From: Curvularia clavata
Lineage: Eukaryota
Reading direction: 5' to 3'
Length of the DNA stretch: 64,000 nucleotides
Assembly (NCBI GenBank): GCA_023920165.1
Contig: CP089276.1
Coordinates: 2,790,001 to 2,854,000 of the forward strand
Shown here: positions 24,201 through 37,174 of the stretch, in pieces
How the letters are laid out: the number at the start of each line of letters is the position of its first letter
How positions within the stretch are numbered: position 1 is the first letter of the stretch
Notes under the pieces: generated by a model
What the model saw: the letters and a program-made list of their open reading frames with translations, nothing else
Database searches by the model: none
Told to the model about the DNA's origin: nothing
Position numbers and translations under genes: made by a program

Positions 24201-26458
24201 GGGAGAAACGCGTTTCCATGACACACAGGTCTGCAAGGCGTATCAAGACTGTCTACTTGTTGCGCTAAACAGATCTCTGCAGTACAGTATGCTTTGCCTC
24301 AGGGTTGCTGCGGGTGTACCCCGCCGTGGAAGTAGCTGCTGCGTGCAAGCGAGCGAGCGATCGGTCGTGACAAGCGAATGGCATTGTTGGAGGTGGAGGT
24401 GGTACAGTATTTAGGCAATGTGATGAGGAAAGCAATACGGTGGCTTGTCTACTAGAAAGCAGCAAGTGAGCTGACCTTCAGAGGACTCGCGGTACCCTAC
24501 TGCATAGGAAAATATCCAGAAGGTGTTGTGATGACAGAACAGGAGTGCGGGTTGTTCTTGCGGAGAAAATTTCCCCGACGATCTACATCATTGCATGGAA
24601 GCAGCGGGTGAATGAGTAAGTAAGCTGGGTGGTGGAACCTACTTGAATCGAAAGACTTGGCCCCTTTGCTCTGGTCCATCGCTAGCCACCCATGGCTTAC
24701 TTGTTTGACATACCGGGTGTTATCAAGAATTTGATGTGACTGAAATGCGTTGATGCCGTACAATCTCGATCCCTGTTGCCCGGTTGTGGGATCCAGAGGC
24801 CGCGACACAGCGAAGCTTCTACACCCATCCACCAACACCGGCAAATCTCGACTGTAACACAAAACCTTGCTGGAGAGACCGATATTCTCTTTGAGCCCTC
24901 TGAAGTTGATATACTGGAGAGAATGATCTGAATAAGGTAATGCTCCTGAAGTGCATGATCCGTGTTTGGCGCCGGGTAGCTCCATTAAAACGCAGACCAG
25001 GGGGCCACCATGGCGGCAGAAAATATGAACTATGTGTCACTTGTAGCAGTCAGATGATGCTCATGCTTATCATTTCACACCGGATGGTGACTGTCATGCA
25101 CATTTCTGCCCCGTCTATGTAGGGTCTTCGATCAGAGATGATCCCAGTAGCTGATACTCGGTGGGCCACCAGTATCTGCGGTTTCCCTCGCCGACCGGAT
25201 GAGTAGGCGGCATCGGTTGCTCAGGACTGTGCTTACGATGTGGATCTCCGCGCGGACTCTAATCCTCGTATTCTTCCCTTGATGAATGCCACACCTCCAT
25301 CAAGAAAAGCCTGGTCAGCGATCCAAGCCCCTTGGCTCCCAGAATCATCATTCTCCGGAATACCCATGTCATAGAGATGGGTGCAATTGCTTGCAGGTTG
25401 GCATATGCAAGTGCGACGTAACACAGATGCTGCTGTCAGGTCACATACCCCACGCTACTTGATTGGGTGGACAAAGACTTTTGTTGATAAACGCGTGGGT
25501 CTTTTTTTTCATATTTGCCCAGGCGACAGACTCAGACACATGGAAGCCACTCGGGTTGGCATCTTCTGTATTTTCGGGGTTGGAGGGCTGACAAATGACA
25601 AAGTTTGTGTGCAGAGCAAGCATGGTCAACACTGTGTTGTGAGTATGAAGAACAAATGCTAGTGGTTTATTCTGACCTTCTATCATCATGTTCTAATCCA
25701 TCACCTGGTATCCCTCCCCACGGATAGCTAGCCGCCCGTTCGCCCGTCGGCCTCGCGACCCGTTGCGCGTGGGTCCGCACCTTGGGGGCCTTGTGCCGGG
25801 CGCTTGTACATGGTCCTTTTTACGCCTGCATGTTTCAAGCAGTCTTATTGTTCTTTGTAGTTGCCGGCAAGCAGCTAGTAATGCAGGGATGCCTGGTTGC
25901 TTGAGGGTGAAGGCTGTGGATGCCAGGTGGCAAGTGTGGAGATGTGTTGGAGGGAATGGAGATTGTGATTGTTGTGTGATGGAGGGATTGCGTATCTGGG
26001 GTCTGAGTCTGTTGTACATGTTTTCCTTTGGTGGGTAGGCACGCAGGTCTCTCGTGAGCTCTTGCCTGAGTAGTCGTGACGCTAGGACACTAGTGTGAGA
26101 GGTGAACGTACAGTAAAAGCGACGACATTCAGCAATAGACACATGCAGAAAAACATGAGAATAGAGGATCATGGAGTGAAAAGATAATGTCATCGATAGT
26201 AAACAGGATGCAAGTACAACTGAATACAAATCTGCCTCCCTCTGATTTCCCATTTCCCGTTTGTCTTTTCCCATTCCCTATCTTACTTGATCAAACTCAA
26301 TCGAAAGCCCGGACTACTGTGCGCTTATCTTCGAGGAAAGAAGAGAAAGGCTACAAGCAAACATGCAATTCGATCCGGAAGACGTGTCTTAGAAGCCCAG
26401 CTGCATCTGCCTCTTACCAGTCCAGCGGAAGCAGAACAGTGAAGCTGAGCAATATGAC

Positions 26459-26942
26459 TCAAGAGGTGATACTCTGGTTCATCTGAGTGCCAAAGCTACG
26501 ATAGTGACTTGCTGGTGGTGGTGTCTGGGCTGAGTTTGTATATCCAGTGATGGATCTCAGCGCAACCTCGGAGCAGTCTTCTTTCGCTTGGGAGAGATAA
26601 GTGCCGTCGTACCAGAAGCGAGCTTGGTAGTTGGTCCCGTTAATCACGACCATGGTAGTCCAGGCTGTACGGCCTCCTGAGTTGACATGTCAGCAACTCG
26701 GCGGCTAAGGCGCTGACTTGACTTGATTGTGCAAATTTTCAGGGGGGGTAACATCCTACCTCGACGGTCCGAGAGGTCCGTGTAGGTTGGCTCTGGTAAA
26801 CCGCGGACTCGACAATGCTCTAGGTAGACATGTTAACAGGAGATGTCCGTGTCTATGTTTGCGTGCATGTGTAATGCAAGACAAGCAAGTGGTGGTGAAA
26901 CACACCTCGAAGACGCTGCGACCATGAATCCGGGCTGGCCAT
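26459..26942 (-). CDS. Small single-domain dsRBD-like protein (104 aa)
   Basis: Exons 26942-26906, 26819-26760 and 26676-26459 give MASPDSWSQRLREHCRVRGLPEPTY...GRTAWTTMVVING...QAKEDCSEVALR, an alpha-beta-beta-beta-alpha dsRBD pattern. Splice sites are canonical. Confidence 0.85.
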
Positions 26943-28685
26943 GGTAGGAAGACGTAATCGGTGGAACAGGTATGGAAGAGGCACGTGAGATGGGCGAGGG
27001 GAGAAAAAAGGGCGTGACCAAGAGGAGAAACCAGTGTGGGGAAGGGAGATTGATACAGCAGAGTTGGGCGACGGTTGAAGAAGAAAGTCCAGGGCTACTT
27101 ATAACTTTTGGGGCATGCAAAGCCTCACTCAGGAGCAGAGGGCGGCGAAAACAGCAGTGAGTAACAGAGGCGTGCGGCAGGCTGCTTCGTCAGTCATACT
27201 CTCGTGTGAAGAGTGGTGCACACACAACTGCCAGGAGCCGTTAAGAGGCAGCTGGTTCACGGGGGCCCAGCGAACATTTTTTGCACACGCTCAGCGAACC
27301 CAAGCCATTGGGTCGAGAGGCGCCCTCTAGAGCGGGCCGATGGGGTATGCGAGAACCAAGAACATGGCTAAGGCGAAGCGCAGCCGAAGCGTGCATGTGG
27401 AGAGTTGACGAAAGTGTGCGTGCAGCCCTTTGGCGGACAAGCAAGGCCGTGGCCTGGATTGGGAAGGGCTGCATGCAGCATACGCCCGTTTGAAAAGCTG
27501 GCACGTTTGCGAGAATGAGGGTATTCTGGAACTGGAGCCCAAGAGATTCCATTGCGTATGCACATGGCTGCAAGGCATCATGCTAGTGGGAAGCCAGCTC
27601 ACCGTGCAGCAGTAGTCAGAGCCCCGTCACGGCCATCGGCGTGGTGGCAGCCATGATATCATGGCATGGTAATTTTCGGTGATATTCACATTACTGACGG
27701 GAGACAAGAGAGAGAGAGATGGCACTGGGGGCGAACACGGACGACAAGGCGAGGCGGGTGGCGTGTGCTGGTGCTGGGTGACGAACTTGCATGTGGAGAG
27801 ACGGAGCGGTTCGCACCTTGCGGCCTTGGCATGACATGCATGGTGCGCACCTCTCAGCTGTCACATGGCATCCACGACCAGCGGGTACCTGCTTGGCTGT
27901 TTGTCCTCTGGTTGTTCCATCACTACCAAGTCCAGCATATTTAGACGGCAATTCACCTGCTGACGACGGCCTTGTAGAACCCTGTGCCAGGTGCCACCAG
28001 CCTCATATCTGGCGCGTTAGCAAACACACCGTTGTGGACGATACTCTTGCAGCAGCCTCACTCGGGCATCCCAAGACGGACGGCCCTTTAGATCTTGACA
28101 AGCGTGACACGAAACAAAACAGAGAAGAAAAAAAAAAAAGATACTCTCACGCTGGGCGGACATTGGACCAAACTGGAGTAAAAGAGCAGGGGGGAGGCTC
28201 TTGATCATTATTCGTTCCAAAATAAAAATGGTGGTATCGTAATCTGGATCCAAAACGTGCATCGAGCCAAGAAGAATAGCGGACTTGTTCGTAACCAAAA
28301 CGCATAGAAGAACAGCGAGAAAAAGAAAATCAACGGCTGGACAATCATGAAAACGTACTCAAGTCCCTTGCGGGAGTGGTATCCTGCAAAACCCACAATC
28401 AACAAATACAGCAAACTGATACCAACGCATGTCGTAGTCCAAGAAGACTGGTCCACATGCTGAGAGACCAAATCTGATGGAACTAGAAAACAACCATAAC
28501 AACAAGCAACAATGCAAAGACTGCGGCTGACAGCAGGGTCCGCATCCCAACAGAAGAGTTCTGACAGAGTGGTCGTACATGTGCCTTTAGATGCTGCGCC
28601 TTGCCGGTAGGCCCAAAGTGATGTGCCGCTGGAGTGGGCCTGAGATGAACAAACACACAAAGTAAAAGCGAACCAGGTGCCGACC

Positions 28686-30150
28686 TCACGTTGGGACACG
28701 GCGCACAGCCGGCGGCTGTCTCCTGGCCGTGTCGCCGTTGAACTGTTTTCGGTTGAAGACTTCGTCAATCAGGCGCTTGGGTCCAATGTACTCCAGGTTG
28801 GCCATCTTGAAGGGCGAGCTGCGCAGCAGTGGAATGTGCATCTGAGTCGTCTGCTTCGAGTGGAACCGTCGCTTGATACAGTCGTCTACCAGGGCCATAA
28901 GGCCGGTTGCAATCACGACACTAGTGACACCTGTTAGCTTGCTGCCTGGCGCAGGCCGCCGCGAGTCGTAGTTTGTAAACTTACTCTGAGATATCCGAGT
29001 CGGATTTCAGAATCTTCTCGTCGGTGATGCGCATGTAGCATGGGGGTACCCAGCCACCCCTCGCCGCTTCTTCATGCGCCTCGCTGGGGGTCACGCGCAC
29101 AGGACAAATGTGGGCGAGGGGCTCCTTGTCGTTGTCGTCGCGCACGAGGTAGTAAGAGACGGCTTCTTGCTGGCCGTCCTTTTTGATGATGCGCTTCCAA
29201 GAATAGTCGATGCCCCAGTGTTCAAACGCATATTTCTTGTACGACTTGGCACCACGCCTCTTGACGTCAATATGTGCATAATTGGAAAACTCGAGCTTGA
29301 TGGTGTTTGTAGGTATCAGGGCGCGGCCCTTGGAGTAGCCCACTGTCTTGGGACGTGGTTCTTCCAGCTCGTCATCGTCGTCGTGGTCGTTGTCGGTCTT
29401 GGAAGAGAAGTGATGCATCGAGTCGTAGCCCGAATCCGCGCGCTTCAGGCCAGCTGATGTCGAGGGACGGGACTCTGATTTGACCAGGCTAGCAAGGGCT
29501 GTGCTGGCACGTTGCAAGACGGGCCGCATTTCGGCAGCGGGTTTTTGGTACTTGCGTATCGAGTGGCAGACCTCGCGCCCAGAGTCCCTGCAGTAGCGGC
29601 GAAGCGAGAACTGACGTGTGCGAAGATCCTGCATGCGGAGGTGGAAGAGGGTGTAATTCTGTTTCCGGTGGGCGCGGTCCTCGACCTGCGTGTCTACCCT
29701 CAGATTCATGTTTCCATCAATGGTCGAGTCGTCATGTCGTATGGATATGCGTTTTGAGGTGGGAAAGAGCTCGCCAAAGTCGCGGGGAGTGGTGGGAATG
29801 GCATCGCCGCCCAGGGGCTCATGGCGGTAGACGGGAACATCATAGTCGGGCATGCCATCTAGGTCGTCGTCGAGGTCCTCTTCAGATGTCGAGGCATACG
29901 TGTCGACCGAGGAGCGCGGGGGATACTGGGCTTGGTAGCGCTCGGGTTGGTGATGTCGGGGTGCAGCGTAGTCGGGTTCCCGATGGCGACCCTGGATGCG
30001 GCCATGGCACGTCTCGCTGTAGGGCAGCGACGGTCTGCGGTCGCTGTACTCTGTCGGAGCCGTATCGTAGGAACGGTCGCTGTTGTCGCTGCGGCCAGAA
30101 GCGGTGCTGTTGCTAGACTGGTACTGTCGCCAATGGCTGGTCGGCGCCAT
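28686..30150 (-). CDS. Uncharacterised fungal protein (disordered N-terminus, beta-rich C-terminal domain)
   Basis: 389-codon ORF plus intron 28984-28921 joining in frame to DVVIATGLMALVDDCIKRRF; stop at 28686. Confidence 0.88.
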
Positions 30151-30880
30151 GGTGTGAGAGGGACGGTGGGATGTGAGGTGACGTCGTATGGACGATGCAC
30201 GGGATTAGAAGGGATACGGTGGTGGAAATGTTGGGATGAGTGGAACAGATGGTTTGTTTTGTCGATGGCGGCTATGTGCTATGGTGCAACGCCTTGAGCG
30301 TATACATAGACTACAAAAGACTGGGGCCTGGCGTGAAGCAGGCGGCGCAGCGATCTGAGACAGCTGACGAAAGGGTGACCTGGCACACACGGGGCGGGCG
30401 CGAGGCGGACGAGGGGGATTAATACAGAGTGCAGCCTGTGGGCAGCAGAGCAGCGCAGACGGAGGCGCAGCGCATAGCGTGCGTGTGAGTGGGATGGAGA
30501 CGACGAGAGTGGTGTGGTCGCGGGGTTCTGGCCGGCTCGAGGCCCGGTTGATCGTTGCCAAAGTGCTCGATCAGCGTCAACCAAGATGGCTGCAAGCTGC
30601 GCACAGCGCGGCGCCCACATCCAAAGGCCCTTGGCTGAATGCCCGGCAGTCGTCTGCGCCGTTGGCAGCCATGAAGCCATCTAGACCGCCGCGGGCCAGC
30701 TGACCTTGCCCCCATCCGGTGTTGTGCAGTGTTTTTGCAGCCCCCGCAGCCAATCACCGCCGCCAGCCCGCCCTCCAGCTGCCACCCAGTCCACGCCGTC
30801 TTACCCGGCCGAGTCTGAGTGCCCGGCCGTCTATCGATTCTCCATCGCTGTGACGCTTCCCGCGTCTAGGTGTGTTTGCG

Positions 30881-30920
30881 CATACATACATACATACTAT
30901 ATACATACATACTTACATAC
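30881..30920. repeat. Imperfect (TACA)n microsatellite
   Basis: catacatacatacatactatatacatacatacttacatac. Confidence 0.8.
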
Positions 30921-32433
30921 ACTGCACGGCTCACTCAGCGCTGCAAAACCGACAATGCGCAATCCAAGGGCAATCCTCTGTAAACCCCGCCGCCGCCCGC
31001 GCCATCTCGGTTGCCTATCGGACCCGGGCGTCCTCGGGACGCTCCTTGGTGGCTGATCCTCCCACGTGTGTCCGCCTTTCCTTGCCCTCTCTCGACGGCC
31101 TGTCCCGGCTGTCAGCAGACGATGGCGAGACTCGTCTGCGACCGTGACACGATGATATGGATGCCTCTATGGCATAGTGATGCCGACGTCATATCCTACC
31201 CCTTGGCAATATTGCTCCCACACCTGCCTAGAGGCTGCAACAACAAGGACCACCCTTTGTCCAACCCACGGCCGCTAGCTCCTCGACCCGCTGCCATCCC
31301 ACTGACTGGACTGCTGACTGAAATCCCATGTGTCGGGTGAACATGATCGCCGCTGAGATCGAAGATGGTGCGCGATATCATCGTGGCCCTGGCGACAAAA
31401 GCCGTTGGGCATCACTCACATTCCGCCTCTGTCTAACTGCCTGCCATACGACGACACGTGACCACACACTCCAGCCCTGCATCTGCACACCCTCCTCTCC
31501 AAGCTACACAAACTGTCTGATTGCATCACTCTGCAGACTTCTCTATGCTTCTCTTTTTTTCTTCGTTTTTTTTCCTGCTCTGCATTCTACCCCAGAATAA
31601 ACCTGCTGGGCTGCAGTTATTTGTGGAACCAATCAAGGTGGGGTACGTGGTGGCTTCAACAGCCAAACACGACAACAAAAACGACCACAATACATTCAAC
31701 AACGAACAACACCGCGCAACAACGCACAATCCTCTTCACACGTCATTCATGGACAAATCCACTTCACTATCAACCCCCACGACTCGCAAACAAAACACCA
31801 AGCGAACCATACACCCGCGTCTGGCCTGGTTGGACTTGCACTGATTTGTTCCACGTTTGCCCTCCTTGCACTCGATGCACCTTCCCCACCTCTGACCTGT
31901 CCCCTTCAGGCCAAGCGTACTGATCACGTGCGCTTAGGCCTTCTAGATGTTCGGCCGCTCTTCCAAAACGGGCGCTTACTGGAAGAAAAAAACTCCCGCC
32001 ATGTTGTCATAGGCAGAGTTCCGATTGCGCCATGCTGGCCAAACAGCTTGCAACGATCACCTCGTGCAGGTTGCCCAGTGCAACTACCCAGAAACGTCCT
32101 GTTTTACCCGAATTCATCAGCTACCTCGATTCGAATGAGGCGGTCCTGGTGGCCGGGTGGCCGGGTGACCGGGCGTCCCAACAAGCTTCCGCTGGCACTT
32201 CGGTCAACCGCAGGCGTTGAACAACTTCACACTTATAAAGCAGTATCTCTCAACAGGCACAAAATCTCAAAACGCGGGTTGGAAGCAACAGCCCTAATCA
32301 TTTCCCAGCTTGGTACTACGAATGACCACTGCCTCTCATCATTCCTCTGTGTACAGAGCGCCTTTTGATATCATCAATCATCATCATCGTTGGTCCGCTA
32401 GCGTGCTTCGGTCTTGGCAGTTCAGCTAGACCT

Positions 32434-33154
<721 letters not shown>

Positions 33155-33891
33155 TTTGATGGAAATGGGGTTTGTTTGGGTAGAGAAGTGAGTGAGTGTG
33201 AAGATGGAGTGTTTTTGAGGTGATGAGGGGCAGCTTTTAAAAGACCTAGGGCGGATGGAGGGGCATTTGCTTAGCCACCTATAGCTCCTGCGGCAGAGCA
33301 GCTCGCGGGTGGGGCTCGTCACATGACTCGGCCTCTCATTCGTGACGCTGGCCCAGAGGGGACGGCGCTCGGGCCACCAATCGAGGGGTAGCTAGAGGGG
33401 AAGCTGCGCAATCGTGCGTGCACCGCCCTGCCAGGGCAGACGTAAGGTATCCCCTCGCGTGGCACAGTTCATGCAGTAGCCCTTCACTGCGGAGCTCCGT
33501 ACATCCATGCTGGTCCGCGTCGCAATCGAAACACTTGGGAATGGCCGTTCTGCTCAGCTCACCCAGATGTTGCATTGCCTCGCCGGCTCCTCACTGCGGA
33601 TACGAGCAGCTGCGCGCTCTACATAACACCGCGCGCCCACTCGTACAAACTACCCATGCCGCGATAATCATCAATTCTCTCACCGCCAAAAGCAAAAAAA
33701 CAAGGATAGCTTCGCCACTTGATACGTCAAAATATTTGTTCATAGTATCTATCCATTACACTGACAAAGGAGATATGTGTATGTTTGTGTACACGAAGAG
33801 AAGAAGAGAAAAAAAAAACAGAAGTCCACCCGCCTCAGCGCCGATCTATCCCAGACCATCTTAAAGCAACCCTAATACGCGGACACAATCA

Positions 33892-35620
33892 TTAGTGTGC
33901 CGGCAAAGCCTGCTCGGTCTCAGCTTTCCGAGCAAACTCAGCTCGTTCGGCTATGTCCTTGGCCTCAGCCTCCTTCCACAGCTCGATCACCTCCTGCTTG
34001 CGCTCTTCACTTCTGGGCTCGAATGCCATCTGCCATGGGTCTGGCTTGATGATGAGAAGCGAGTTGGACTTGTTAAGCGGTACCTCAATTTCTTGGCCAG
34101 ACACAGGGTCAATCTTGCGCCTCAGGTTAAAGGCCCACATGAGCGCGCCGCACCCTGTTACCGTTTCGTCACGAGTAATCGACATGCCCAGACATTGACG
34201 TTGGCCCCACCCAAACGAGGTCATGCCCACGAGGTCAGGGTACTTGGTCAACGGTGCTTGGAACGTAGGCCACCCAGGCTCCAGCCAGCGCTCAGGTCGA
34301 AATTCTTCCGGGTTGGGGTACTTGACGGGGTTGCGAAGGAAAGCATAATCAAGGGGGAGAATGCGTGTGCCCTTAGGAATGAAGTAGCCTTGGAACCAGT
34401 CATCAGCCTCCGCTTCGTGCGCAACACCTATTCGTTCAGTTAGCAGTCTGCCGTATCTACACTATCGATCCCACATACCAGTTGGGACGGTGGGCTTCCA
34501 CCGCATCGTCTCCTTGATACACGCACGCAGGATGGGAAGGTTAGGCAAGTCAGCGACGGCTGGCGGCTTGTTACCACAGACGCGGTCGATTTCGTTTTGG
34601 CATTTGACCTGCCATTCGGGGTGGTGAACCATGCTAATCAAGAAGTAGTAAATGGGTCCAGTAACAGTGAAGATGCCAACGAGAGCCATCATGCCAATGA
34701 CGCAGGAAGCTTCGTAATCGCCAGAAATGCTCGTCTTCTCCGCGGTGTCAAGGTACGTCTTCGTGAAACAGGGTCGTTGCTTGCCCTTCTCCATCTTCTT
34801 ACGGGTATCCAGCAGACATTGCATGAAGAAGGCCTGTTGCTCGTCGTGGCGCTTGCGTTCACGGATCTTCCATGGATTGATGGCCTCAGGTAGGTAGTCC
34901 CAAAGAGGAGTCAAGACGTTGGTGATTGGGCCGGCCGGTGACATTTGTGTGAGCAGACCCCACGCGCTGGGGGTAAGGCGAGTGCTAATCGAGTCGTCGT
35001 CCCATGTCAGTTGGCACATGACCTTGGAACACATGTCTTCAAGAGAGGCCGAGAAATCATCAGGATTCTCCAAGAGCCTGGCCATCCATCGCTTGGCCTC
35101 AAATTCCATGATGCCATTGTACTGTGCATTTGTAGCGCCGGTGAGATAGGAGTGAGTGAACTTTCGCTGACGGGCCCAGTATTCTATCTCGTTGTCAGTT
35201 ACATTCATGCTTTCTTCCAGGGGATAACATACGGTTCTTGCCCATCAAAGGCAGGTACTCCATGGAACCATACGTGCTCTTTGCATCGAACAAGGACTTG
35301 ATCTCTGGGCGGTCGGAGTAAACCTTGGCCCTCTTTACCAGCATTTCCTCAGCAAGCTTCTCATCTGAGATGATAACAAAGTTATCGCCCAACATCTTGG
35401 TCCGGTATATGGGTCCATACGTGTCGGCCCATTCCTTGAACTTCAGCCACATGAACTCAATAGGAAGGTCATGGATGCGGCCAATCCAAGGGACGAGCGA
35501 GGGTCCAGGCATGTTCTGAACATTGTGTCGCTTATCGTACTTGTGGACGGCATCCAACACAGCATATACAACAAGGCCAACAACAGCTACGCCAAGAGCG
35601 TATGCTGTGAAAGGGTGCAT
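33892..35620 (-). CDS. Cytochrome P450 monooxygenase
   Basis: N-terminal TM anchor, PGP hinge, ETMR (ExxR), PERW and heme motif FGWGQRQCLG. Introns 35232-35184 and 34478-34428. Confidence 0.97.
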
Positions 35621-37174
35621 ATTGCCGGCGCAGGTGATTTGAAAGGGTATCGTAAAATATAGGTCCGGTACGTTGAGGGTCGACAGTGGCGGTTCAGCCT
35701 TGGGTTGGGCAACAGATTCGAAAATGGCAACTCAGCTGAAGACTCCCTGACGACTACCAAGGTTGGGTGAAGGCACTGATAGATATGGACCCCAGCAGTC
35801 AGGTACACAACCTCTTTTCCGGCTCCCCAGGACGTGCTTTATGTACCAACCTACAAGCCAGCATTCAGGGGCGAATAGGACGATGAGACCCTACAGACAT
35901 CGGCCTCTGGACGAGCATCGCCGACATGGCCTAGGTGTCGCTTCGAGTTACAGACATCCTGCGGTCCAATCGACATGGCCAGAAAACTGCCGGACCAATC
36001 TGTTGCCAGGACACTACGACAACAATACCCTTGCGTAGCGGCAATCTTGATACCCATGACAAGATGAGAGCCAAGGTCGGTGCTGACGAGCCCCGATTAT
36101 GACATGTTGAGACGGTTCAGATTAGATCTAAGACGTCTGGGTGGGCCAAAAGAGAATAGAGATCGTCATGGACTAGGTTCTGATGCTTGGAACTGGAGCG
36201 AACCACATCGGCCAAGCATGGCCACGAGCACTGAACACAATGGACGAAACACCAATCTACTAGCCGATCCCTGGTTACGATACCTTTTTCTGGGAAAGTT
36301 ACAGTCCGTTTCATTCCAGAAAGTCGGCTTTGACAGCTACGACAATAATTTCTAGTGGGCCTTGGACACACTGTCCCGTCATAATACTCTGTTCCTGAGG
36401 TTGCGAGTTATCAAAGTTTTGACTAAAGCATCGAAACTGATTCTGGGGTTCCATATTGCGTTCAAAGTCATCGCTGGATGCTCTATCAGCGCGCCGCAAC
36501 GAGTGTATCGAAACCAACACTATTCCTATTCCCCCTATCATAAGTTCGAGGCCCTCCGGCATAACAAGCCGTGCAAAGGCATGCAACACGGCTCGCTTGA
36601 ATGTCATGACGTCTTCAAAGACGATGCATAATAAAATTGACATGCCGTTAGGGAAAGTGATATAATCAGCCACGTAGGATCGCTGGCGAATCATGTGCAT
36701 GGCTGTGGTCTGTGGCCTGAATGGGGACAACAACCCGTCGTGACCCACAAACAGCTGACCTGCATTTTACATGACCGCCTTGCTAAACTGACGTTTTTCA
36801 AATGCATCCTAGTGTACCGTCGACAGGCTTGGCTTCCGGAGTTTGTGGGGAACCATAGCGCAGCCGCTAGTGTCACTATCGGGCGAGACGCTAATCTAAC
36901 GGATCGCGTTCCTGACAATCGCCGCTAGAGATCTTGCTAGTGATTTGTATTGCGCGCATAACATCGTGCGAGGGCAAAAGAATGTAATTCTGAGACAGGC
37001 CGACACTCGGACATCCGAGCCTCCTTCGGCAACCCTCACTGGTACCCCAACGGAAAATGCAATCCATGCGAGGACTCAGCACGTATGAAAAGCAGGCATG
37101 CTGAGGTTTACGTTGGTTTCGAAGACATTCCTGCTCTCGTTTTGACCTCACGCCACCCAAATTGAATCGCCGCC

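Noticed and set aside
24497..24985. 162-aa minus-strand ORF
   Set aside because: No recognisable family, and it cannot be joined into a gene model.
33867..33875. CAACCCTAA resembling a telomere repeat or telomerase template
   Set aside because: A single copy in the P450 3' UTR, without tandem repeats or RNA structure.
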